DNA from: Minisyncoccota bacterium | GTDB lineage: Bacteria > Patescibacteriota > Minisyncoccia > Phycocordibacterales > DATDWN01 | DNA: 64,000 bases | Direction of reading: 5' to 3' | Assembly (NCBI GenBank): GCA_041658985.1 | Contig: JBAZZC010000002.1 | Location: forward strand, 17,120 to 81,119 | Shown here: piece after piece, positions 1 through 8,419 of the stretch | Numbering within the stretch: position 1 is the stretch's first letter | Layout of the letters: each line of letters begins with the position of its first letter | Program-made: the position numbers and the translations under genes | The notes under the pieces: model-generated | What the model saw: only the letters and a program-made list of their open reading frames with translations | The model's database searches: none | What the model was told of the DNA's origin: nothing

Positions 1-1473
1 AGAGAATACGCTCAACAAAGAGGATATGATGTCGTAAAGGTTTTCAGGGATAGTTGCACGGGTGGAGGAGATTTTATGAATAGACCAGCAATGTCAGCCC
101 TTTTAGCCTTTCTGGATAAGGACCCAGTAAATAGTTACTTCGTGGTTTTTGATGATTTGAAAAGATTTGCTCGTGATACTGTATTTCATATCAAGCTAAG
201 ACGAGAGCTTGACGCTAGAGGAGCAACAGTAGGATGTCCGAACTTTACCTTTGAAGAAACACCAGAGGGTCAATTTATTGAAACAATAATTGCTGCTCAA
301 GGAGAGCTAGACAGAAAACAAAACCAAAGACAAGTGATACAGAAAATGAAGGCTAGGTTTGAGAAAGGATATTGGACTGTTGTTGCTCCATTAGGATACA
401 AGATGATGCAGGACCAAGTTCATGGAAAGATACTCAAAAAAGTAGAGCCTCAAGCAAGTATCATCAAAGAAGCTCTCGAAGGATTTGCTTCTGGTAGATT
501 TGAAAATCAGATTGATGTGCAGAATTTTCTACAACTAAATAAATTCAGAGGAGTAAAACCTGTTGCACTTGATTCAGTAAAAAAACTTTTGACTCGGTCA
601 GTCTATGCAGGATATGTTGAGTATGAAAAATGGAATGTGAGTAGACGAGTAGGACACCATGAACCAATTATCAGCTCTGTAATATTCCAAGAAATTCAAG
701 ATAAGCTAAATGGAAAAGTAAAAATCCTAACAAGAAAAGACAACACTAAGGAGTTTCCATTACGAGGATTTGTTCTTTGTCATGGTTGTAATAAAACAAT
801 GACAGCAAGTTGGACCACTGGCAGAAATGCAAAACACCCATATTATCATTGCAAGACAAAGGGTTGTTTTATGAAGGGAAAAAGCGTAAAAAGAAAGGTC
901 CTAGAGGACGAATTTGAGGCTATATTACGCTCTATAAAGCCCAAGGAGAAGACTTTAGCTTTAACAAAGGAAATACTACTAGATGTGTGGAATAAGAGAA
1001 TTGCTAATGTAGATATTATTCATAGAGAGCATGAAAACTCACTAGATGAGATTAGAGGAAAGATAAGAATGTTCTTAGATAGAATTGGAAAAACAGAAAA
1101 CGAAATGACAATCAAGACTTACGAAAAGGAAATGGAGAAGTTAACGCAAGAGGAGCAAACATTAGAGAATCAAATCAAAGTCATGAAAGGTAGTAGACCA
1201 GATTTTGGAACCGCTCTAGATATTACTTTTGATTTTCTGAAAAACCCTTATGTATACTGGAAGAAAGACGATTTAAAAGCAAAACACCTAGTATTGAAAC
1301 TGGTGTTTAGCGACCGATTAACATATGAACGAGGTCTAGGATTTCGAACCGCTAATTTATCCCTACCATTAAGGGTATTTGAGCTAAATCAACTAGACAA
1401 CTCTTCTTATGTGGACCCTAAGAGATTCGAACTCTTGACCTCCTCATTGCAAATGAGGCGCTCTACCAACTAA
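1..1473 (+). CDS. Large serine recombinase/integrase (resolvase, recombinase, Zn-ribbon and coiled-coil domains); 5' end lies outside the window
   Basis: Frame is open from base 1 (REYAQQRGYDVVKVFRDSCTGGGDFMNRP). Motifs DDLKRFARD, G(Y)W..APLGY, YAG, GHHEPII and PLRGFVLCHGC...YYHC are present. Confidence 0.92.
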   Translation, partial: REYAQQRGYDVVKVFRDSCTGGGDFMNRPAMSALLAFLDKDPVNSYFVVFDDLKRFARDTVFHIKLRRELDARGATVGCPNFTFEETPEGQFIETIIAAQGELDRKQNQRQVIQKMKARFEKGYWTVVAPLGYKMMQDQVHGKILKKVEPQASIIKEALEGFASGRFENQIDVQNFLQLNKFRGVKPVALDSVKKLLTRSVYAGYVEYEKWNVSRRVGHHEPIISSVIFQEIQDKLNGKVKILTRKDNTKEFPLRGFVLCHGCNKTMTASWTTGRNAKHPYYHCKTKGCFMKGKSVKRKVLEDEFEAILRSIKPKEKTLALTKEILLDVWNKRIANVDIIHREHENSLDEIRGKIRMFLDRIGKTENEMTIKTYEKEMEKLTQEEQTLENQIKVMKGSRPDFGTALDITFDFLKNPYVYWKKDDLKAKHLVLKLVFSDRLTYERGLGFRTANLSLPLRVFELNQLDNSSYVDPKRFELLTSSLQMRRSTN

Positions 1474-1484
1474 GCTAAGGGCCC
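1412..1484 (-). tRNA. tRNA-Ala (anticodon TGC)
   Basis: Reverse complement is GGGCCCTTAGCTTAGTTGGTAGAGCGCCTCATTTGCAATGAGGAGGTCAAGAGTTCGAATCTCTTAGGGTCCA, with acceptor stem, D arm, CCTCA/TGAGG anticodon stem carrying TGC, and GTTCGAA T-loop. Confidence 0.95.
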
Positions 1485-1784
1485 AATATTATTTAAAAAT
1501 TCTCTACCTTTTCCTGATTTCAAAAATCTTTCCCTTTTTATTGCCTCCACCTTTAAAGCATACGACTCAGTATAGATTAACTTATAAGGACCATTTTGAC
1601 TAGTGAATTTATTGGAACCATTATTGTGTTCAGTCAACCTTTCTACAGCGGTTTTTCCTGTATAGCCAATGTATCCTTTTTTATTTCTTAGACTTCTTAA
1701 TACATACACAACAAACATAATTTTTTGAATTCCGCCCCAGCCATAGGCTGGTCAGCCTTCGGCTGAAACTAAGCTAAGGGCCCA
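1468..1784 (-). mobile_element. GIY-YIG insertion bounded by 18-bp direct repeats of the tRNA-Ala 5' end
   Basis: aactaagctaagggccca at 1468-1485 and 1767-1784; twin GC hairpin at 1735-1766. Confidence 0.75.
1470..1718 (-). CDS. Small stand-alone GIY-YIG nuclease family protein
   Basis: VYVL...YIGYT, RL.EHN.G and EA.KRE..LK motifs; 82 aa; the stop codon lies inside the tRNA 5' end. Confidence 0.9.
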   Translation of the reverse strand: MFVVYVLRSLRNKKGYIGYTGKTAVERLTEHNNGSNKFTSQNGPYKLIYTESYALKVEAIKRERFLKSGKGREFLNNIGPLA

Positions 1785-1831
1785 GTAAATATTAGACTAA
1801 CAAAATTTTAATAACAGCACAAGTTTTATAA

Positions 1832-2422
1832 CTAAGCTACTACCCCGCTATTTTTTATATCATCGTAAAACTTGGCGTTGCTGATTTGTATATATGGTAT
1901 GAGCCAGAAAAAACCAATACCTAAGGTGGGAATACAAAGCAACATCCATCCAATAAATCTTAAACCCAAGCAGAATAATTTCCATTTATTACCCATCATC
2001 ATTTTTTTGCTTCTTTTTATAGCTTCTCTTGCGCCAACAGAGGCGTCATCGACTAGAATGTAAAATGTCATTGAGTATGAAAGGGCAGCTATAATGCCAG
2101 GAATTATCAAAAGCAATGTCCACAGCAACGTAAATAGCATTACAAGCAAGTATGCAGCCAGTGAAACACCAAATCTTTTGAAACCCTCAAAAATTTGTTC
2201 AAACCTAGGATTCTGGTTTCTTGATAACGACAAAGAAAAAATTACCAACCCAAGGGTCATTGGTCCGCTAATAAGTAAAAAAAGAATTGGACCAGCTTTT
2301 GGAATATATTGGATTGCACTACCAATTAAGACGTAAACAAACATAGTTCCTACAGCCAAGCCCCATTTACCAGCCAATGCTTCTCGTGCTTGCCTCATTA
2401 ATAGCGAGTTTTCTATTTTCAT
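1832..2422 (-). CDS. DUF975-like integral membrane protein
   Basis: AREALAGKW, LWTLLLIIPGIIAALSYS, AIKRSKKMM.GNKWKLF and WLIPY...A.FY patterns. Confidence 0.8.
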   Translation of the reverse strand: MKIENSLLMRQAREALAGKWGLAVGTMFVYVLIGSAIQYIPKAGPILFLLISGPMTLGLVIFSLSLSRNQNPRFEQIFEGFKRFGVSLAAYLLVMLFTLLWTLLLIIPGIIAALSYSMTFYILVDDASVGAREAIKRSKKMMMGNKWKLFCLGLRFIGWMLLCIPTLGIGFFWLIPYIQISNAKFYDDIKNSGVVA

Positions 2423-2638
2423 TAATTTAAATTAAATTTTATAACACCAGTATTGTATCATATAAAAACATGTTAAGATATGATTATAAGATAGGACATT
2501 AAAAATTAAATTAGGAACCTCTTTTCTTCTTTTTTGGTCATAGAACTTGGTCAAAAAGGAAGAGGGGGGCGCCTGACATTAGTCAGCCTATTGTGTCTCG
2601 TCAACACAATATACCAGCTTCTCTCAACTTTTATCAGT

Positions 2639-2821
2639 ATGAAGATACTAAGAGTTGTGGGATTTGGGCTGGCTATTGTCATGCTCAAGTTCCTTATGCC
2701 AGAAATTTTCACTGGCATTGAGAACACGCTCCTCGTGTTCTTTCAAACTATCCAGACGATACTTGCAGGAAGCAAGTCGTCCATGACTGCGGGGTGGAGT
2801 CTCCCGATTCTCCCGCAGTAG
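2639..2821 (+). CDS. Small hypothetical membrane protein (60 aa)
   Basis: ATG at 2639, hydrophobic N-terminus, directly followed by an intrinsic terminator. Confidence 0.6.
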   Translation: MKILRVVGFGLAIVMLKFLMPEIFTGIENTLLVFFQTIQTILAGSKSSMTAGWSLPILPQ

Positions 2822-2826
2822 GGATA

Positions 2827-2855
2827 GAAACCGGCGCCTTCGGGTGCTGGTTTTT
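2827..2855 (+). terminator. Rho-independent terminator
   Basis: aaaccggcgcc-ttcg-ggtgctggttttt. Confidence 0.8.
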
Positions 2856-2877
2856 GAAATATGATAAACTTAATAAC

Positions 2878-3237
2878 ATGGACAAAAATGTGATGAAGGA
2901 TACCTGGGTACCACTTTTGCTGTTTGTATTGTTTTTTGTTATTGAGGTTTTTCTTAAACCTTCAGAATCAACACTTACGACCTTAATTGTTTTTATTACT
3001 TTTGTTATTTTAGTGTTAGAGGTTCATAAGCATGAACCAAAAGTTTTTCTCTTAGGACTTATTATGGGATTGTTTATTGAGGTTGTTTTAGGACTGGTTT
3101 CAAGACAGCAGTTCTGGGATGACGCTTCTCTTATGGGTGTTCCTACTTGGCTACCAATTATCTGGGGAATTGGTTTTGTAATTATTACCCGAGTTGGTAT
3201 GAAGATTGAGGGTGTAAGGTGGCCGAAGGGTCAATAA
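2878..3237 (+). CDS. Hypothetical 4-TM membrane protein (GVP.WLP..WG motif, DUF2878-like)
   Basis: Hydrophobic ORF; likely start is ATG 2878, just after a -10-like box. Confidence 0.6.
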   Translation: MDKNVMKDTWVPLLLFVLFFVIEVFLKPSESTLTTLIVFITFVILVLEVHKHEPKVFLLGLIMGLFIEVVLGLVSRQQFWDDASLMGVPTWLPIIWGIGFVIITRVGMKIEGVRWPKGQ

Positions 3238-3408
3238 AATGGAAAAAGTCTGGATTTTTAAAACAATTTTTATAATCTCTACTGATTCTGGGTTAAAAAT
3301 AAAAAAGAAAGATAGAAATAAATTTAAAATATTGTTTGGGGTTGGTGGTGAAAACCATTGACATAGTTAGTATTTGTGATATCATTAAGAAAGAAATGGA
3401 GGGAAACC

Positions 3409-3648
3409 ATGGGCCTGACTTTTTCGGGTAATTGGAACAATCACGTTTTGGCGATGGAAGAGTGTTGTGCTGGTCGTGGGAGAATGGAGATCACTCTCTC
3501 CGACGACCAGGAGCGAAAGCTCCAAAACGGCGGACTTGTCTCCCTGAAGGAGCGAGTCTCGCCGAGTCTCGCAGAGTGTCTCTCCGTCCGTCCCCATTGG
3601 CTCTCCGCGCCAGCGGCGCTCGTGGTTGATGCGACGAAGTCGCGCTGA
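3409..3648 (+). CDS. Orphan small protein, cassette A1
   Basis: TTGACA(3358)-16-TATCAT promoter, GGAGG SD, ATG 3409; paralogous to the ORF at 3798-4034. Confidence 0.7.
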   Translation: MGLTFSGNWNNHVLAMEECCAGRGRMEITLSDDQERKLQNGGLVSLKERVSPSLAECLSVRPHWLSAPAALVVDATKSR

Positions 3649-3687
3649 CCATAAGCACCTCGCACCTCGCACCTCGTACCTTCCCGA

Positions 3688-4087
3688 AGCCGCACCTCTG
3701 CACAGGTGCGGCTTTATTCTTTGAACATAAAAACTTATTGAAATAGATCATAAATGTGTTAAGGTACAAAGCGGAGGGCAAAACATTGCCAAACTAAAAG
3801 TTCTCTGGGGATTGGGACAGACTCATCCCTGTCATGGAGGAGTACGCAAACTCCAACAGGATGATGGAAATTGATATTCCAACTAAGGAATATCGGCGAC
3901 TTCTCGACGGCGGGCTAGATAGGCTGAAGAGAAAGTGCTCGCCGAATCTGGCTTCTCGCCTGCTTTTGCAAGAGGCGTTTGTAGAGGCCAGTCCGTCTCT
4001 CCTAATCTTTCACAAACCACTGCCGACGAGGTAGTCTTAAGGAGCCGCACCCGTGGAGAGGTGCGGCTTTGTTCGTTGAAGATAAAA
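3688..4087 (+). repeat. Two 45-bp terminator-like direct repeats (3688-3732 and 4043-4087)
   Basis: agccgcacc-N8-ggtgcggcttt(a/g)ttc(t/g)ttgaa(c/g)ataaaa follows each cassette ORF. Confidence 0.85.
3785..4034 (+). pseudogene. Paralogue of A1 (cassette A2) with a disrupted 5' end; ORF intact from ATG 3834
   Basis: In-frame KFSGDW...MEE...MEI...GGL..LK...SP.LA matches A1. The SD (3773-3777) is followed by ATT-GCC-AAA-CTA-AAA out of frame with the body. Confidence 0.55.
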
Positions 4088-4125
4088 TTAAGGATGTTAT
4101 AATTATTGTATTATTAATTAGCTTC

Positions 4126-4237
4126 ATCCAGGCACTAACTTAGTGAGATGATAACATTTCTGCTAATCATGATTGTACATCGATGAACACGTGTTAACTT
4201 TTTATATAAGTTGTACTCATTAAGTTAGTGCCTGGAT
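4126..4237. repeat. Fold-back element with a 17-bp terminal inverted repeat, 9 nt upstream of ATG 4247
   Basis: atccaggcactaactta ... taagttagtgcctggat. Confidence 0.85.
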
Positions 4238-4246
4238 AAATTTATT

Positions 4247-4618
4247 ATGGACATTACACTTTTAGTTGCGAAAATATTAGGTATCTATTTGGTGGTCAGT
4301 GGTTTGTTTCTCATGATAAAAGGGAAAACTATTCCACATCTACTTAGAGATTTTTTTGACCACCCAGCGGTAGTTTATTTGACAGGTATAATTTTAATTT
4401 TCCTGTCTTCTATGTATCTTATTCAATATAATATCTGGGATGGAACATGGCGAGCTCTGGTAACCCTATTTGCCTGGATTGTTATGTTAAAAGGTCTGGC
4501 TTACATTTTTATTCCACAGGCTTTAGGTGAAGCCTCCGTTAAGAAGTTTAAAGGATTGTTTGGTGTTTATGGTTTAATTGCTATAGTGATTGGTGTTTAT
4601 CTGTTTTTTTTAGGCTAA
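4247..4618 (+). CDS. Hypothetical 4-TM membrane protein
   Basis: 123-aa hydrophobic ORF with G...++..N.W and W+.++KG motifs. Confidence 0.7.
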   Translation: MDITLLVAKILGIYLVVSGLFLMIKGKTIPHLLRDFFDHPAVVYLTGIILIFLSSMYLIQYNIWDGTWRALVTLFAWIVMLKGLAYIFIPQALGEASVKKFKGLFGVYGLIAIVIGVYLFFLG

Positions 4619-4747
4619 ACGAGAAAATGTCAAAATAAAGCCAAAACAGTGTGGGGTTGTGACCTTGCATTGTTTTGTGTCTTAATGGTGTGGATAGTTT
4701 ACGGGTAATTACAAATGTTATATAATACATATATTAATATTAAATTA

Positions 4748-4884
4748 ATCCGCACACTAACATTGGTATTGTGTCTTCCGTTGCTACTGTAAGTTATCAA
4801 AGCAGAGTGATGGAAGATAAGGTAGTATAGATACTAAATCTAAACCAGACACAATTGCAACGATACCAATGTTAGTGTGCGGAT
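4748..4884 (+). repeat. CCGCACAC-family fold-back element, copy 1 (5' UTR)
   Basis: 22-bp perfect IR atccgcacactaacattggtat/ataccaatgttagtgtgcggat; homologous copies at 5174, 28536 and 30800. Confidence 0.9.
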
Positions 4885-4894
4885 AAATAAAAAT

Positions 4895-5080
4895 ATGGAA
4901 ATGAAAGCTTTGTGTATGAGATGTAGAGATGCTAAAAACAAACCTACAATGCAGATTATGAATAGTCCTAAGGTTTCAGAGAAAAAGAATAGATATTCTG
5001 CAAAAGGTCAGTGTGCAAAGTGTGGTGGAAATATGTTTAAATTTTTATCAAAAGCAGATGCAGATAATTTGAAAAAATAG
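4895..5080 (+). CDS. Small Cys-rich Zn-ribbon protein (DUF5679-like)
   Basis: CMRCR ... GQCAKCGGNMFK. Confidence 0.75.
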   Translation: MEMKALCMRCRDAKNKPTMQIMNSPKVSEKKNRYSAKGQCAKCGGNMFKFLSKADADNLKK

Positions 5081-5173
5081 AGACCGCTTTGTTTCTTGTG
5101 AGTAAAAAATGAATATGATAGAATACCTTAGACCTTAATTTTACTTGAAATAAGGAAAATTATTATTAACTTC

Positions 5174-5309
5174 ATCCGCACACTAACATTGGTATTGTGT
5201 CTCCTGTTGCTACTGTGAGTTATCAAACAGAGTAGTAGAAGATAAAAAGGTGTAGATACTAAACCTAAACCAGACACAATTGCAACGATACCAATGTTAG
5301 TGTGCGGAT
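5174..5309 (+). repeat. CCGCACAC-family fold-back element, copy 2 (5' UTR)
   Basis: Same 22-bp IR and near-identical interior as 4748-4884. Confidence 0.9.
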
Positions 5310-5324
5310 AAAAAAGATAAAGAT

Positions 5325-6029
5325 ATGGATAAGAACAAAATTATTTCTATCATAGTTGTAGTGGTTGTTGTTTTGGCTGTTGCTGGGTTTTTTATGTTTC
5401 GTGGAGACAAAATAAACAATCCAACAAGTGGTAATCCAGAAAGTGTGGCTACTGTAAACGGAGTAACCATTTCAAAAACAGTTTATGATGCACAACTTAC
5501 TTCAGCAATTTCTTCATACAAGACTCAAGGAATAGATGTAACAAAAGCAGATGAATTGGCTAAAATAAAGACTCAAGTTTTAAATAACCTCATAGACAAT
5601 GAATTAGTCAGTCAGGGTATTGTAAGCAGTGGAATTAAGGTTGATGACGCTGATATTGAAAAACAAATTCAAGATATCATAAAACAAACAGGAGGGGCAG
5701 ATAAGTTCCAAGTAGAACTTACTAAGGCCAATCTTACAGAGGCGCAACTTAGAGATAATATATCTAAGCAACTTACTCTTCAAAAATACTTAGAAGCTAA
5801 TGTAGATGTGAGCAAGATTACAGTAAGTGACACCGAAATTTCAGAGTTCTATAAACAATACAGTGACGCTCAAAAAACAGCTTCTTCTACCACAAAAGTT
5901 CCAGCACTTAAGGAATTAAGTGACCAAATAAAACAACAAATCACATCAAATAAGCAACAAGCTTTAATTAATGATTTTGTTGCTTCCTTACGAAGTAAAG
6001 CTCAAATAACAACATCTACGGCTTTATAG
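5325..6029 (+). CDS. SurA N-terminal domain membrane-anchored chaperone (no PPIase domain seen)
   Basis: N-terminal TM, VATVNG..I, LNNLID.EL, GIKV, LRSKA.I. Confidence 0.8.
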   Translation: MDKNKIISIIVVVVVVLAVAGFFMFRGDKINNPTSGNPESVATVNGVTISKTVYDAQLTSAISSYKTQGIDVTKADELAKIKTQVLNNLIDNELVSQGIVSSGIKVDDADIEKQIQDIIKQTGGADKFQVELTKANLTEAQLRDNISKQLTLQKYLEANVDVSKITVSDTEISEFYKQYSDAQKTASSTTKVPALKELSDQIKQQITSNKQQALINDFVASLRSKAQITTSTAL

Positions 6030-6065
6030 TTATTCTTTAAACGATTAACACAAAAACCACCCTCT

Positions 6066-6725
6066 TTATATCAAAAACCTGTTTTTTATAAGTGTCCAGA
6101 TTCCTATAATCGCATCAATTCCGCGAATCTTTTTGCCTTCCTCAAATGTTCTAGAAGTATAGGTGATTGGGATTTCAATTATAAGGGTCTTTGAACGCAA
6201 AAGTTTTGCTGTGATCTCAGCTTCTATTTCAAATCCATTAGATGTTAGTTTGAAAGACTTTAAAATAGGACTAGGAATAACTTTGTAACAAGTATAAATA
6301 TCAAAAAGGTTACTTTTATAGAGAATATTACAAACCCAGGAAAGAATGGTGTTGCCTATTTTATAGAAAAAATATCCTTGTTTTTTGTCACGTTTGCCAT
6401 ATATAGCGACATCATTTTTGGCCTGAAGCGATAATTTATATAATGTTTCTGGGTTATATTCTAAATCTGCGTCTTGTATAGCACAGAATGAACCCTTGGA
6501 TTGTTTTAGCCCCTCTCTTATAGCAAATCCTTTACCGTGGTTTTGTGGAAGTTGTATGTATTTTATATTTAGATATGATTCACAAATTATTCCTGTTGTG
6601 TCGGTAGAACCATCATCTACGACAATTATTTCGTGTTCAGTGTTTTGGAAAGCTCTCTGGGTAGAAGTCAAAACCTGAAATATGGTTTTTTCTTCGTTAT
6701 ATGCTGGGATAATAATTGAAATCAT
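6066..6725 (-). CDS. Glycosyltransferase family 2 (polyprenol-phosphate sugar synthase-like)
   Basis: SIIIPAYNEE, VVDDGSTD, GKGFA, QDADLEY, GFEIEAEIT. Confidence 0.9.
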   Translation of the reverse strand: MISIIIPAYNEEKTIFQVLTSTQRAFQNTEHEIIVVDDGSTDTTGIICESYLNIKYIQLPQNHGKGFAIREGLKQSKGSFCAIQDADLEYNPETLYKLSLQAKNDVAIYGKRDKKQGYFFYKIGNTILSWVCNILYKSNLFDIYTCYKVIPSPILKSFKLTSNGFEIEAEITAKLLRSKTLIIEIPITYTSRTFEEGKKIRGIDAIIGIWTLIKNRFLI

Positions 6726-6737
6726 TTATATATTGTT

Positions 6738-6867
6738 AATTACAAACTTTTTGCTTGACATATATTTTCTAGAGCACGCATAAATCGCTGGTGCGATTTT
6801 GCTCTGTCTCGGCTACCCGCCTGCGAAGTCTCTAGAAAATATATGTCTACGCAGTAATTTTGTAATT
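6738..6867. repeat. Branched fold-back element (CTC...TGCG family)
   Basis: 18-bp IR gacatatattttctagag/ctctagaaaatatatgtc enclosing the hairpin aaatcgctggtgcgattt, which is shared with 25082-25277. Confidence 0.8.
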
Positions 6868-6869
6868 GG

Positions 6870-8414
6870 TTATTTTATAGTAAACATGCTTTTTGGTAAT
6901 TCATACTGTTTAATCACTTTAGCATTTTTTTCATTTCTTTTCAGGAAGATAATAGTGTAGTCGTCGACAAAGACCGGTGCCCAAACTGGGTCTTTAACTC
7001 GTGTTATCAAAAATTGTTGGGCCCAAGGGGTCAAGTCGTTTCTATTAAACCAAATCATATTAAAATCCCACTTTTTTAATTCCTCATTCCAAACAAGGTC
7101 ATCATTTTGCATTGGTATGTATTCTTTTTGGAAAAAGTCTGTCGGATATGTTTCTGGTCTATTATCTACAAAAACCTTCTCCTGTGGATACATGTGAAAA
7201 ATAATATATCCGCCAATGTCATAGTTTGAAAAAATTGGCCCAGAGATATTCAAATTTTTTACAAAATCAGCTGAAGCATTAACGTTTGGTTGTAATCCAA
7301 TACCCCAATACGTATTCCAAGGTAAACGATTATTAAAATTAATAAAAATAGACAACAATATTATGAGGGAGAAGACGATTGAAAACACACTATGTAATAA
7401 ACGACAGGATTCATTTTTGGGTTTTTGATAAAGAAGATATCCGTAACAAAGAAGTGTTGGCAAGAGAGTTAGGCTATAAGCGGTTAAATGTCTAATACCA
7501 AAAAAACTAAGAATAGCAAAGACGAAGGTTATACCAAAAAGAGCGATAGGGAATTTTGATTTATCTTTTCGTAAAACAAAAAATGAAGAAACAATGAAAA
7601 CGAGTGTAGCAATTTGCCACCAAAGAAAATTTGGATTACTGACATGCAGGTTTATTAAAAAGGGAATGGATTGATTTTCTACTATTAAATACCCGTAGTT
7701 TTGAAACATAGTAAAAGGATAAAAAACCCCAGTAAACCCATAAGGATTTATACAAAGAACCAAGACCGACAATCCAAAAACTATTGCTAAGTTTTTTATT
7801 TTTTCAGAATCTTTGTGTAGAAACGTTTCAATTAAAAACATCCCGACAAAAAATGGCAGAAAAATAAAATAAATATGTGTATTGACCCAAATTAAAGAAA
7901 TAATTGGTATCCAGTATAACCATTTTTTTTGAATTTGATTTGAGGTGTATAAATACAAAATAGCAATAACAATAGCCATAAAAAAATAACTTAGGCCCTC
8001 TGGTCGTACTTCAGTTCTTTCAGCTATAAGTGGTATTAGGAATAAGATAATAGGGAAAGAGACCCAGATAGACAGTTTATTTTTCCAAAGACCAAAAAAC
8101 AAAAGCACACTTGCTATTATTAATCCTCCGTACATAATAGATAATCCTTTGAAACCAAAACCCAAAAAAACCAGATAAGACAAAAGACCACTACCCCAGT
8201 GGTGGTTTATGAAAGGAAAGTTTGAATAAGTAAAAGAAAAGAAATTGGTATGCAGAAGTGCTTGTCGCGATATTTCAAACGAACCAGCATTTATAAAAAG
8301 TTTGCCGTTAGTGATGTGTCGTCCAATGTCGGCAGTTGTTAAATTTATTTGTTGAAATACAAAGACAGATAACAATAAAACAAGTACAACTGCAATGATA
8401 ATATATGATTTCAT
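6870..8414 (-). CDS. Multi-pass membrane protein, probable GT-C glycosyltransferase
   Basis: DIGRHI..G, RPE, W.N.H..F, F..YD.GGY+ and FVDNR motifs; adjacent to the GT2 gene. Confidence 0.7.
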   Translation of the reverse strand: MKSYIIIAVVLVLLLSVFVFQQINLTTADIGRHITNGKLFINAGSFEISRQALLHTNFFSFTYSNFPFINHHWGSGLLSYLVFLGFGFKGLSIMYGGLIIASVLLFFGLWKNKLSIWVSFPIILFLIPLIAERTEVRPEGLSYFFMAIVIAILYLYTSNQIQKKWLYWIPIISLIWVNTHIYFIFLPFFVGMFLIETFLHKDSEKIKNLAIVFGLSVLVLCINPYGFTGVFYPFTMFQNYGYLIVENQSIPFLINLHVSNPNFLWWQIATLVFIVSSFFVLRKDKSKFPIALFGITFVFAILSFFGIRHLTAYSLTLLPTLLCYGYLLYQKPKNESCRLLHSVFSIVFSLIILLSIFINFNNRLPWNTYWGIGLQPNVNASADFVKNLNISGPIFSNYDIGGYIIFHMYPQEKVFVDNRPETYPTDFFQKEYIPMQNDDLVWNEELKKWDFNMIWFNRNDLTPWAQQFLITRVKDPVWAPVFVDDYTIIFLKRNEKNAKVIKQYELPKSMFTIK

Positions 8415-8419
8415 TGTGA

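Noticed and set aside
3385-3781. Overlapping alternative ORFs (3385-3672, 3432-3629, 3441-3695, 3491-3781)
   Set aside because: Shadow ORFs of a GC-richer stretch; promoter, SD, terminator and paralogy all support the + strand 3409-3648 frame.
4748-5309. CTAAC...GTTAG ends as integron attC sites
   Set aside because: CACTAAC/GTTAGTG does not fit RYYYAAC/GTTRRRY, the elements lie 5' of genes, the stems lack attC bulges and no IntI is present.
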